DNA of 64,000 nucleotides from Candidatus Latescibacterota bacterium. Its GTDB lineage: Bacteria; Latescibacterota; UBA2968. Positions 12,620 through 22,607 of this stretch are shown piece after piece (position 1 is the stretch's first letter; each line of letters starts with the position of its first letter). The DNA lies in contig OZ240241.1 of assembly GCA_965198115.1 (NCBI GenBank), positions 4,544,001-4,608,000 on the forward strand. The letters are read 5' to 3'. The notes under the pieces are model-generated. The model did no database searches and was not told where the DNA came from. It saw nothing but the letters and a program-made list of their open reading frames with translations. The translations under genes and the position numbers were made by a program.

Positions 12620-12914
12620 AACCACGGATGAACACGGATAGACACAGATGTCTAAGAACTAAGCTTTAGGCGGTGAAAGCAAGGGTGCGGTACCTGATCC
12701 CGAGCCTAAACAACACGTCTTTTGATCCCTAGCCTCGGTTCACCGAAATTGAGTATCAGTCCGACACCCACTCCAGAGGCTCGGAGGTAGTTGATGAGCT
12801 GTGCTTCGTGGATGTTGGTTATTTCCTTGGCGACCTTGAAGTGGCTGCTGCACGCGGAAGCCCCTTCGGACTCTTCGCCGAGAGATCCGTGTTCATCCGT
12901 GTTCATCTGTGGTT
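12620..12914. repeat. Cassette bounded by inverted triplets of a 10-bp repeat, enclosing a GxxExxY remnant
   Basis: AACCACGGATGAACACGGATAGACACAGAT (12620-12649) versus ATCCGTGTTCATCCGTGTTCATCTGTGGTT (12885-12914). Confidence 0.85.
12706..12840 (-). pseudogene. C-terminal remnant of a GxxExxY (PD-(D/E)XK-type) protein
   Basis: KVAKEITNIHEAQLINYLRASGVGVGLILNFGEPRLGIKRRV resembles the family C-terminus; the GxxExxY half is missing. Confidence 0.85.
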
Positions 12915-13594
12915 CCGCTCGTTATTGCAGAGAGATCTTGAAGAGACCCAATGATGAAGTCGGGATCGGGAATCCCTTCTTTACGCGCCACACCATCTCG
13001 ATTGAGCCAGGCTATGCGTAGTCCTGCGCGTTTGGAGCTGACGATATCATCCTCCTGCGAGTCGCCAACGTAGAGAATGCGTTCGGGTGCGAGACCGAGA
13101 GACACGAGGGCTGGATCGAAGATTCCGGGGTTGGGCTTGTAGCACCGGGCCGATTCGGAGCTGACGACAAGCTGGAAGGAGAGGTCGTTCCTGGCGAGCG
13201 CTGCGTAGAGGTGGTCGTTATCTGCGTTGGATACCACGCCGTGAGGGAGGGACAGACGATTCAACACCGGCTGCACGTCATCGTATACGGAGACCTTGCC
13301 GAGCAGATCGAAGATCCGATCGATGTATCCTTCCGTCCGACTATCGAGCCCCAACTGCTGAAAAACTCTGCCTAGGCTGACGTTGTTCACTGTTCTGAAA
13401 TTCTCAAACGCCCCTTCACGAAGCATCGGGAAGAAATAGCGGTCCCAAACCTTCAGAAGACCTTTCCCGTCCAGATCGAGGCCATGATCGTTCGCGATCT
13501 CGTCACAGACGTCGTAGAGGCAATCCATCCCACCCGCGAACAGCGTCCCGTACCCATCGAACAGCACCGCCTCGATTCTCAAATCGCTCCCCAC
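12893..13594 (-). CDS. HAD-family hydrolase (haloacid dehalogenase-like)
   Basis: VLFDGYGTL, VVSNAD, YKPNPGIF, YVGDSQEDD; the stop codon lies inside the 10-mer repeat. Confidence 0.9.
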   Translation of the reverse strand: MGSDLRIEAVLFDGYGTLFAGGMDCLYDVCDEIANDHGLDLDGKGLLKVWDRYFFPMLREGAFENFRTVNNVSLGRVFQQLGLDSRTEGYIDRIFDLLGKVSVYDDVQPVLNRLSLPHGVVSNADNDHLYAALARNDLSFQLVVSSESARCYKPNPGIFDPALVSLGLAPERILYVGDSQEDDIVSSKRAGLRIAWLNRDGVARKEGIPDPDFIIGSLQDLSAITSGTTDEHG

Positions 13595-13690
13595 GGCTTC
13601 CTTCGCGTCGCCCGGCCTTCGTGTTAGTTCTTCCTGAGCTCGTGAAAGCTTTGATCGCTCGTCACGGGCACGGGTCGCCCTTCCAAAAAT

Positions 13691-15110
13691 GGCTCTATCC
13701 GGGTTTCTCAACGGTGAAACTATAGAATGACAAGGTCATAGATCGTTCCCTACGCTTGGTTGTGTGTGTAGGACAATCAAAGCGAAGGGGGTGCGACCTA
13801 TGACCGGGAGCAGATTACTATCGAAACTGCTGAGATTCAAGGGGTTCCGTGTTGTCAGCTGGTGGTTTGAGGGGAGAAGCTGCTTCGTCATCGCCGTAAA
13901 GCCACATAAGAATGGTTGTTGTTGTCCGGAGTGCGGCCGTCGAGGTAAAATCGTCCGCACAATGCCCCATCCGCGTCGGTGGCGTGACATTCCGGTGTGC
14001 GGGTGGAGGGTCTGGCTTCTCTACCATCCTCGGGAGATTCGGTGTCCTACCCACGGTCGTGTGGTCGAGGAGATTCCGTGGGCGGAGCGGTTCTCTCGGG
14101 TGACGTATCGCTTCGAGTATGCCATGCTGCGCTACTGCCAGACCATGACGCAGAAGGCGGCGTCCGAGTTGCTGCGCATCTCTGCCTCGACGCTGTCGGA
14201 TCTCCTTCACCGATCCATCACGCGGCTTCGTGAAGGTCATCGTATCCGAGGGCTCAAAACCATCGGGATCGACGAGATCTCCTACGCCAAGCGTCACAGG
14301 TACGCCACGCTCGTTTACGATCTGGACCGCTCCTGCGTGGTGTGGGTTGGCCGCGGCAGGGCGCGTAAAACGATCGATCGGTTCTTCACAGAGGCTCTCA
14401 GTCCCTACCGGAGATCCAAGATCGAGTGGGCCTGCTGCGACATGAGCGAAGCTTACATCGGAGCCATCCAGGAACACTGTCCGAATGCCAAGCTGGTCCT
14501 CGATCGCTTTCACATCGTCAAGGCTCTCAATGCCGCCGTTGACGAGGTCCGTAAGGACCAGTGGCGTAAAGCTGCCCCGGATGAGCGCAAAGCCATGAAG
14601 GGCCTCCGATGGCTCCTCTACCGGCACTCAGCGACACGCTCCAGAGGGGATACTCGGACACTCAAAGCACTGGAGAAGGCGAACTACCGAATCTATAGAG
14701 CCTGGAGACTCAAGGACGAGTTCGAGCAGTTCTGGGAATACAAAGCGCCCTGGGCTGCCGAACGCTTCCTGAAATGCTGGACGACGTCCGCACTCAGAAG
14801 TCGACTTGAACCCCTGCGAAAGTTCGTCAGGACCCTGCGACAGCACTTCTTCGGCGTCCTCGCATTCGTGAACACGCGTCTTACCAACGCCATCGCCGAA
14901 GGCCTCAACCGAATCGTCCAAATCGTCAAGAACCGAGCCAGCGGATTCCGCACACTCGACGCATTCAACGATATGATCTTCCTTACCGTCGGAGACATAA
15001 ACATCCCTGAGCAGATTCCGAAGAGGTTCCGCACACGCTAACCGCGCCCCCATGCCAGGAACCACGGCACCTTCACCCACTTCAGCTCGTTGAGAGATCC
15101 GGATATAGCC
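13691..15110 (+). mobile_element. ISL3-family insertion sequence
   Basis: IRs GGCTCTATCCGGGTTTCTCAAC / GTTGAGAGATCCGGATATAGCC; flanks CCAAAAAT and ACAAAAAT (target duplication, 7 of 8 identical). Confidence 0.92.
13800..15041 (+). CDS. ISL3-family transposase
   Basis: CPECG zinc finger, IGIDEISY, CCDMSEAY, LDRFHIV, TNAIAEGLN. Confidence 0.95.
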   Translation: MTGSRLLSKLLRFKGFRVVSWWFEGRSCFVIAVKPHKNGCCCPECGRRGKIVRTMPHPRRWRDIPVCGWRVWLLYHPREIRCPTHGRVVEEIPWAERFSRVTYRFEYAMLRYCQTMTQKAASELLRISASTLSDLLHRSITRLREGHRIRGLKTIGIDEISYAKRHRYATLVYDLDRSCVVWVGRGRARKTIDRFFTEALSPYRRSKIEWACCDMSEAYIGAIQEHCPNAKLVLDRFHIVKALNAAVDEVRKDQWRKAAPDERKAMKGLRWLLYRHSATRSRGDTRTLKALEKANYRIYRAWRLKDEFEQFWEYKAPWAAERFLKCWTTSALRSRLEPLRKFVRTLRQHFFGVLAFVNTRLTNAIAEGLNRIVQIVKNRASGFRTLDAFNDMIFLTVGDINIPEQIPKRFRTR

Positions 15111-15871
15111 ACAAAAATGCCCACTTCCCCACGTCACACGTCGATGCTCTCACGAACCCATTGATGTAGGACCGGCGCAGCCGATCGGTCGTGTTGGGCT
15201 TCGATCCGTGCACCGAATACGAAGTGAACATCACTACGTCTCCGGGGGCACCTTCCATCGGGACAGCCTTCGCAACGTCGACGTGGTCTTCGATCTGTCC
15301 CTTCGCGTAGCGTTTGACCTTCAGATTCCCCAGCTTGTGGCTCTCTGGCACGATATGCAGGCAGCCGTTCGCCACTGTCGCCTCATCGACCACGATGATC
15401 GTCTGTACGTAGTTGTTTACCTGGTCTCGAAACGCCGGCTGTCGGACGGATGTCTTGGTGCCACGGGAATGAGATGTCGCCACCGGGCATTTTAAAGTTG
15501 ATCTGATTGATGTATTGCTTCAGCGATCGGCCGATCAGTGGCTCCAGCAGAACAGGAAATTTCGTGCTGTTCCGAATCTCTTCGAACGCAGGATGAAGGA
15601 GCGCTGGCCACTGCACTTTCCGCAGATATTTGACCGCCTCCGGCCCGAACATCGGTTCAGGAGTCTGAAGATGGACGTGCACTTCGGACCCCTTGCCGTG
15701 AAGCACGTTCTCCGGCAGGTCCGTTCGGGCGGCGAGTTCGAGAATGTAGGCATAGCCTTCTCGGAGGCGGTCGATCTCCCCTTCATCGAACACATTGCGT
15801 GCGATGAAATACCCGCGTTCTCGGAAGGATGCCACATCCGTTTCAGATAGCGTCACCAATCGACCATATCC

Positions 15872-15895
15872 TCTTCGTGTCTTCGCGTCTTCGTG
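15872..15895. repeat. Three copies of an 8-bp tandem repeat at a gene junction
   Basis: TCTTCGTG TCTTCGCG TCTTCGTG immediately past the aldo/keto reductase stop. Confidence 0.7.
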
Positions 15896-15897
15896 TC

Positions 15898-16797
15898 CTA
15901 ACCTCGGATCCCGAACTCAGCTTCGAACGCCGCCCACACTTCCTTCGACACAGGCATCGTCGCAGCCTCGATGACTTCCTCAACCTGCTCTACGGTGGCC
16001 GGACCCGCCATGACCATCCCACCGATGTCCGCGGCCAGGCAGAAGTGCAGCGCCAGCTGACGAATGTTGACGTCGTGGTCTCGCGCCCACGTCCACATCC
16101 GATGGGCTACCGGCTCCTTTCCAGGATAACGACTTCGTTCCGATTCATCGTCCGGTTCCGGCCCAGCCAACAGCCCCATGCCCTGTGCGCTTGCCAGAAT
16201 CAGTCCCACGTCGTGTGAGCGCGCCAGCGGAAGCGTCGTCTTGCCCGCAGTCTGACTCAGGAGCGTATAATCCAGAAACGTCAGCACGATATCGATGTGA
16301 CCTGTCTCGATCGCCCGTTTGTGGAAGTCGTGCTCTCTCACACCGATCCCGATGTGATCGAGGATGCCCTCCTCTTTCATCTTCAGCAACTCATCCAGAC
16401 ACGCCCCCTTCGCGAACGGCTCCTCGATATCACGTGGATCGTGGATCAACACTGAATCGAAGCGATCCGTTTTCAGCACCGACAGACTGTTCTCCACGCT
16501 CCATCGAGTTGCCTCGGCGGAATAATCGTGACGACGATCCGGGTGCGTGCCCGTCTTCGTCTGGAGGTAAACTCGATCCCGATATCCATCGGTCAGGGCG
16601 AGTCCCACGCGGCGCTCGCTCTCGCCATAAAGGGGTGACGTATCGACAAAGTTCAATCCCAGATCGATCGCCCGGCGAACACCGTCGTGCGCATCCTGAT
16701 CCGTCACGTTCTGCGATCCAAAGAACGCGCAGCCCAATCCGAGAGCTTTCACGCTCATTTTAGTACGGCCCAGCCGTCGCCAGCCCAGTTCCGCCAC
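15898..16797 (-). CDS. Aldo/keto reductase
   Basis: RRLGRT, LGLGCA, FVDTSPLYGESE, LQTKTG, LIHDP. Confidence 0.92.
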   Translation of the reverse strand: MAELGWRRLGRTKMSVKALGLGCAFFGSQNVTDQDAHDGVRRAIDLGLNFVDTSPLYGESERRVGLALTDGYRDRVYLQTKTGTHPDRRHDYSAEATRWSVENSLSVLKTDRFDSVLIHDPRDIEEPFAKGACLDELLKMKEEGILDHIGIGVREHDFHKRAIETGHIDIVLTFLDYTLLSQTAGKTTLPLARSHDVGLILASAQGMGLLAGPEPDDESERSRYPGKEPVAHRMWTWARDHDVNIRQLALHFCLAADIGGMVMAGPATVEQVEEVIEAATMPVSKEVWAAFEAEFGIRG

Positions 16798-17038
16798 GGT
16801 TCGATCCTTTCGCTTGAACCTGACCACCCCTATTTAGCCTCGAGAGGTGGTCGAAACCCGTTCCAGCTCGCTCAGCCATTAGATCTGACCACTGGAATGC
16901 TCCGTCACACGTTCACGTTGGCAGAGGATCACAGGGGAAGTCACGTGTGTGGAGAATCAGATCGGCAAGCGCCAGAAGCATACTGGATTGACATTGTCGA
17001 ATCAATCGCTTTGAGGTCTACGGAGTGATCTCCATATT

Positions 17039-19000
17039 GTGATCCCCCTTCCGCCCGTTGTGATGGTGTCGATAGAGAGACCGCGAGTCGCTCCCTCATC
17101 ACAGCCCTCCCTACTCGCAGTTTGCGTGAACGTATGGCCTGTTTACGCCAGTATGGTCGTACGGTCGTCTCGAGCAGACTTTGCTCATCTATCCGTCGCT
17201 TTTCTCGCTCCGTTCCTCCTGCTGCTCGGCCTCAACCCACTCGCTGGTAAACGACGATTCACACCCCGCGAGCTACTCGTCATCGCCTGCATCGGGATGG
17301 TCGCTGCGAACATTCAGGGGGAGTGGCTGTCGGGTTATTTTCTCGGCGTCATATCGGCTCCCACCTATTTCGCCACGCCCCAGAACAGATGGATGGAGCT
17401 CCTCCTACCCCATCTCCCGACGTGGAGCGTGGTTCACGATTCCTACGCCGCGCGCGTATTCTATGAAGGGCTCGCCCCGGGTGCGACCATTCCCTGGGAT
17501 GCGTGGATCCGACCCCTGATGGCGTGGGCGCCGTTCTTCCTGGCCGTCCTGCTGTTCAACTTTTCACTGAGTGTGATCATTCGGAAGCAGTGGGTCGATC
17601 ACGAGCGTCTGTCGTTCCCCGTTGCGATTGTGCTGGCCGACCTCGTTGGCGCATCGAAACAGGGGACCCTCCGGGAGTATGCGGGCAACGGTCTCTTCTG
17701 GCTTGCCTTCGTGGGGATCGTTCTTGTCTACTGCTGGAACTTCCTCACCTGGTTCAACACGGGCCTGCCGCCCCTCCACGTCATGGCTGCGTACAACGTC
17801 CCGATTGCGCGCGACTTTCCAACCCTCACGATCCTGAACCAGCCGATGACCATCGCCCTCGGCTACTTCACGAAGTCGGAAGTGTTGTTCAGCATCTGGT
17901 TCTTCCACATTCTCGCCCTCATCCAGGTCGGCATCTTCAACCGGCTTGGAATCACGGTGGACGGGACCGATCTCTGGTGCTCGATGAACCCGACCATTGG
18001 ATGGCAGAGCTTTGGAGGGATGATCGTCTTCGTGCTGTGGGGAATCTGGATTGCGAAGACCCACCTTGTCGCCGTCTTCAGGCAGGCGTGGACAGGCGAG
18101 AAAGTCCTCGACGAAACCGAGGAACTCACATCTTACCGAACGGCCGTCTTTCTGATGACCGGTTCGGGTCTTTTCGCCATCCTCTTCCTCGGCCGATTGG
18201 GCCTCGGAGCCTTGCCGCTTCTGTTCTTCTGGTTCGCCACGCTCATCTGCTACGTGGGTCTTGGACGCATTATGGCCGAAAGCGGACTCGTGTTCCTTCG
18301 GGGCCCCTTGACCGCCCAGGCTTTCACGTGGCACACGCTCGGTACGGTCGGTCTTGGCCACACGGGCGCCGCCGTCCTCGCCCTGACCTACGCCTTTTTC
18401 GCAGACGGTAAGACGCTGGCCATGACGACGATGGCCCACGTGCCCCATCTGAGCACATTGCTCGGAAACCGCGAGCGGCGAAAGCTCGGACCCGTCTTAT
18501 TCCTCGCACTGACGCTGGGTGCAGTGATCACGGTCGGCTACACAATCGTACTCGCGAATGAATCGATCGGCAGCTACAACTTCGGAATCAACAGCTTCGA
18601 CGGCACGCCGGACGGCCCACCCGGCATCTACGACGCTTCAGCCGGGCGCATCAATCGCAGCGTCTGGGGAACAGACTGGCAACGCGTGCAATATCTTGGC
18701 ATCGGGTCAGCGGTCACCGCGCTCATCATTCTTCTGCGATACCGATTTCCTGGCCTCAAGCTTCACCCGATCGGGTTCACGATCTCATCATCCGTTCCAA
18801 TGCGTAGCAGCTTCTTTTCGATTTTCATCATCTGGGCGATAAAGAGCATTCTCCTCAGGTTTGGAGGACTCGATCTCTACCGAAAGGCAACCCCCCTGTT
18901 CATCGGATTGCTCCTGGGACAGCTGACGGGCATCATGCTCGGTGTGGTGGTCGATACCATCTGGTTCAACGGCAATGGACATTTCCTGAACCGCTGGTAG
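17039..19000 (+). CDS. Polytopic membrane protein, DUF6785/DUF6784-like (putative transporter)
   Basis: Many TM helices; YFATPQNRW, IPWDAWIRPL, IRKQWVDHERLSFP, LHPIGF, YRKATPLFIGL; start uncertain. Confidence 0.75.
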   Translation: MIPLPPVVMVSIERPRVAPSSQPSLLAVCVNVWPVYASMVVRSSRADFAHLSVAFLAPFLLLLGLNPLAGKRRFTPRELLVIACIGMVAANIQGEWLSGYFLGVISAPTYFATPQNRWMELLLPHLPTWSVVHDSYAARVFYEGLAPGATIPWDAWIRPLMAWAPFFLAVLLFNFSLSVIIRKQWVDHERLSFPVAIVLADLVGASKQGTLREYAGNGLFWLAFVGIVLVYCWNFLTWFNTGLPPLHVMAAYNVPIARDFPTLTILNQPMTIALGYFTKSEVLFSIWFFHILALIQVGIFNRLGITVDGTDLWCSMNPTIGWQSFGGMIVFVLWGIWIAKTHLVAVFRQAWTGEKVLDETEELTSYRTAVFLMTGSGLFAILFLGRLGLGALPLLFFWFATLICYVGLGRIMAESGLVFLRGPLTAQAFTWHTLGTVGLGHTGAAVLALTYAFFADGKTLAMTTMAHVPHLSTLLGNRERRKLGPVLFLALTLGAVITVGYTIVLANESIGSYNFGINSFDGTPDGPPGIYDASAGRINRSVWGTDWQRVQYLGIGSAVTALIILLRYRFPGLKLHPIGFTISSSVPMRSSFFSIFIIWAIKSILLRFGGLDLYRKATPLFIGLLLGQLTGIMLGVVVDTIWFNGNGHFLNRW

Positions 19001-19211
19001 GAGCCTGGCACCGCCCAGTCGTGAGCTGTCGGGTGCCAGCAGACTTCGTTTCCCCGAACGGGATCGAGCGGCCCCGCCCTTGCGTATGGATCGTGATGAC
19101 GTATCAGGCTCCCAAGCCGGGCCGAATCCATCGCTTTGAGATGGAAACCGGTGTTCAGATATTGCACGACACGATCGCTGTAAGCACCCTCGAGAAAGGG
19201 ACCGAAGAATA

Positions 19212-19997
19212 GTGATGCCAACAGAAATGGAAGACTACCTGTTCGATTTAAACGGGTATCTGGTTCTCAGAAACGCAGTTACGCGGGAACACGTGGCCGA
19301 GATGAACGCAGCGGCCGAAGCGATGCTTCCCCTCGAAAACGACGAGTGGTGTGGCCACGTACACTGCCGTGGGAATCCGCCTGACCACGTGGGCCTTTCT
19401 CAGATTGTTGAAGCGGGTGAACCGTTCGAGCGGTTGATCGATCATCCCTCGTGGATCGATCACATCAACCGTTATGTCGGCGGTGACGACGGACTCTTCA
19501 TCGATCAGAACTGGTGGAACAAGCGTGGGCCGGGCCGCGGCCTGACCCTCCACTCAGGTGCTCACAAGCGAAGAATCCGCACCCAGTTCAGGTATCACGA
19601 CGGACAGTTCCGTTGCGGGCAGGTAGTCATCATCCTTGCGCTGAACGACATCGGACCGGACGACGGACCGACGATGGTCGTGCCGGGAAGCCACAAGTCC
19701 AACTTGCTTCACCCGGCATTCAACGGAGACGACCTTTCGATGGAGCCCGTCGAAGGAGTGATCAAAGTGCCGCTCGACTGCGGCGATGCGGTGGTGTTCG
19801 TCGATTGCCTGGCCCACGGTTCCGCCAAGCGCACGACTCCGGGACACCGCCTGTCGCTTCTTTACCGGTACGGCCCGCATTGGGGTCACGACCGTTTCGG
19901 GTTCGAGCCGTCGGAAGCCCTCCTCGAGCGCCTGACGCCGGAGCGTCGCAAGATCATCCAGCCGATCCCACCCAAGAGACCACCCGTATTCGCATAG
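19212..19997 (+). CDS. PhyH-family Fe(II)/2OG oxygenase (HSG variant)
   Basis: YLFDLNGY, LHSGAH, GPTMVVPGSHK, DCLAHG. Confidence 0.88.
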   Translation: MMPTEMEDYLFDLNGYLVLRNAVTREHVAEMNAAAEAMLPLENDEWCGHVHCRGNPPDHVGLSQIVEAGEPFERLIDHPSWIDHINRYVGGDDGLFIDQNWWNKRGPGRGLTLHSGAHKRRIRTQFRYHDGQFRCGQVVIILALNDIGPDDGPTMVVPGSHKSNLLHPAFNGDDLSMEPVEGVIKVPLDCGDAVVFVDCLAHGSAKRTTPGHRLSLLYRYGPHWGHDRFGFEPSEALLERLTPERRKIIQPIPPKRPPVFA

Positions 19998-20049
19998 CCG
20001 AGCGTGCCTGTCCGTGAGCCGGCAGCTTCCCTGAACACGACTCTGGACG

Positions 20050-21441
20050 ATGTCAACCAACCAACCGAACGTGATCTTCATCCTCACCGACGACCAGGGC
20101 CCGTGGGCGGCCGGGTGCTACGGTAACGGGGAGATCCGTACACCCAACATCGATCGACTCGCGACGACGGGGATGCGATTCGATCGGTTCTTCTGCGCGT
20201 CACCGGTCTGCTCGCCCAGCCGCGCTTCGTTTCTCACGGGCACCGTTCCATCACGCCACGGGGTCCACGACTGGATTCGTGGAGGAAACTACGGGGATGA
20301 TGCGGCTACCTATCTCGAAGGTCAGACGGGTTACACCTCGATCCTCGCAAAAAATGGTTGGACGTGCGGCATCAGTGGCAAGTGGCATCTGGGAAACAGC
20401 GTCCTGCCACAGCAGGGATTCAGCCACTGGTTCGTTCACGAGAAGGGCGGCGGACCCTACAACGACGCCCCGATGATCCGTGACGGCCAGTTATTCAACG
20501 AACCCGGCTACGTCACCAACGTCATCACCGACGACGCCCTCGATTTCATCGACGCACACGCCAACGACGAAACGCCATTTTACCTCAGTGTGCACTATAC
20601 CGCCCCTCACAGCCCGTGGACGGGTCATCCAAAACACATCGTCGACAGCTACGACGACTGCGCTTTTGATACCTGCCCGCAGGAGCCGATTCACCCCTGG
20701 GCGGGAGGCCTCACGCGTAGCTCACACGGCAATCGCGAGATGCTCAAGGGCTACTTCGCGGCGGTGACCGCGATGGATCTCGATGTCGGGAGAATCCTCG
20801 ACAAGCTGGAGACCAAGAACATTCGTGAAGACACGCTTGTCGTCTTCACGAGCGACAACGGCTTCAGCTGCGGCCACCACGGGTTTTGGGGGAAGGGAAA
20901 CGGCACCTACCCCATCAACATGTATGACAATTCCGTCCTGGTCCCCTTCGTCGCGAGCCATCCCGGCAGCATCCCTCAAGGGTCGACCACGGACGCAATG
21001 ATCAGCGCCATCGATTTCATGCCGACCCTGCTGGATTACGTCGGACTCGAAATCCCCGATGACCTGGACCTGCCCGGTCGATCTTTCGCGCCGAACCTTA
21101 CGGGCGAGAGGGAGGGACTACGCGACGCAGTCGTCATCTACGACGAATATGGTCCCACCCGAATGGCACGTACAAGAGAGTGGAAGTACGTCCATCGCTA
21201 CGGAGAAGGACCGAACGAGCTGTTCGATCTCGTCAACGACCCGGACGAACGGGAAAACCGGGTGAACGACGGCTCGCTTGCATCCCGCATTGATGAGCTC
21301 AGAGGCGTACTGGAAGACTGGTACTCGACCGTGTCGACGGCGGAGAAGAACGGAAGGGAGCTGCCTGTGACGGGCGGCGGTCAGCTACGACCGGTGGGTG
21401 GGGCGTGGGAGAATGGATCCGATTCGTTTACGGGGCACTAG
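20050..21441 (+). CDS. Sulfatase
   Basis: PNVIFILTDDQG, CSPSR, GKWHLG, FTSDNG, LFDLVNDPDE. Confidence 0.93.
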   Translation: MSTNQPNVIFILTDDQGPWAAGCYGNGEIRTPNIDRLATTGMRFDRFFCASPVCSPSRASFLTGTVPSRHGVHDWIRGGNYGDDAATYLEGQTGYTSILAKNGWTCGISGKWHLGNSVLPQQGFSHWFVHEKGGGPYNDAPMIRDGQLFNEPGYVTNVITDDALDFIDAHANDETPFYLSVHYTAPHSPWTGHPKHIVDSYDDCAFDTCPQEPIHPWAGGLTRSSHGNREMLKGYFAAVTAMDLDVGRILDKLETKNIREDTLVVFTSDNGFSCGHHGFWGKGNGTYPINMYDNSVLVPFVASHPGSIPQGSTTDAMISAIDFMPTLLDYVGLEIPDDLDLPGRSFAPNLTGEREGLRDAVVIYDEYGPTRMARTREWKYVHRYGEGPNELFDLVNDPDERENRVNDGSLASRIDELRGVLEDWYSTVSTAEKNGRELPVTGGGQLRPVGGAWENGSDSFTGH

Positions 21442-22607
21442 TGTGACGTCCCAGGAATAACTAGAAAAACATTCGATTCTGTCGTATGGTTCCTCAAGCA
21501 CTCATTCTTGGGAGGAACCGATGGCTAGAGGTCGTCCGTTACAGCCACTGAACATCAGTGATGAGGTCCACGATCAACTCGAGTCATTGTCTCGTTCGCG
21601 TAGCATGTCTCACGCTTTGGTGCGTCGCGCGAAGATCGTCTTGATGAGCGATTGCGGTCTGACCAATCAGGAGATCGCGGAACGAGTCGGGTTGTCCGGA
21701 GCGTCTGTCGGCAAGTGGCGTCGTCGCTTCTGCGAGCAAGGCTTGATGGGACTGTATGACGAATTGCGTCCTGGAGGGCCACGGTCGGTCAGCGACGAAG
21801 AGATCTCCTCCCTCATCTACAAGACGCTCAAGAAGCAACCGAAGGGTGCCACCCACTGGGACCTGTCGTTCGATGGCCGACGAGACGGGGCTCTCCAAGT
21901 CCTCGGTTCAACGTGTATGGAAAGCTTTTGGACTGCAACCGCATCGACAGAAGCACTTCAAACTGTCGAACGATCCCTTCTTCGTCGAGAAAGTCAGGGA
22001 TATCGTCGGTCTATACCTGAACCCACCGGACAACGCGATGGTGCTCTGTGTAGACGAGAAGAGCCAGATTCAAGCACTCGAACGGACACAACCGATTCTT
22101 CCTTTGGGTCTCGGATACGTCGAGGGCGTCACTCACAGCTATATCCGGAACGGCACGACCACCCTCTTTGCAGCGCTCAACATCGCATCCGGCAAAGTTC
22201 TGACTCAGTGCAAGCCCAGACACCGCAACAAAGAGTTCCTTCAGTTCCTCAAGCACATCGACAAGAACGTCCCAAAGGATCTCGACATCCATCTGGTCGT
22301 CGATAATTACGGCACGCACAAGCACCCGAACGTCAAGCGTTGGCTCGCCTCACGGAAACGATATCACGTGCACTACACACCAACATATGCCTCCTGGCTG
22401 AACCAGGTAGAGATCTGGTTCGGTATCATCACCCAAAGAGCCATTCGACGAGGCACCTTCAGAAGCGTCAAGGACCTGATCGCCTGCATCAAGAAATTCA
22501 CTGATCACTACAACGAGAATTCTACACCCTTCGTCTGGACCGCCACGGCAGATTCAATCCTCGAGAAAGTCCATAAACTTTTGAAGCTTATACGCGGGAC
22601 GTGACAC
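21441..22607 (+). mobile_element. IS630-family insertion sequence
   Basis: IRs GTGTGACGTCCC / GGGACGTGACAC, each flanked by TA within CTAG. Confidence 0.92.
21521..22604 (+). pseudogene. IS630 transposase, split by an extra G near 21860
   Basis: HTH N-terminus in ORF 21521; VLCVDEKSQIQAL, VVDNYGTHK, WLNQVEIWF in ORF 21756. Confidence 0.9.

Larger units (their letters stand above)
13624..15859 (-). pseudogene. PhyH-family dioxygenase (canonical HQD), frameshifted near 15440 and interrupted by ISL3
   Basis: FPWHQD, GCLHIVPESH, VHGSKPN; removing the IS restores ...KWAFLEGRPVPVTSDQSFHELRKN-stop at 13624. Confidence 0.85.

Noticed and set aside
16830-17040. Divergent intergenic region examined for a riboswitch or sRNA
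   Set aside because: No strong stems, terminator or conserved aptamer motif seen.
21850-21870. Programmed frameshift in the IS630 transposase
   Set aside because: The shift needed is +1 at CACTGGGACC with no A-rich slippery motif; an extra G is the simpler explanation.
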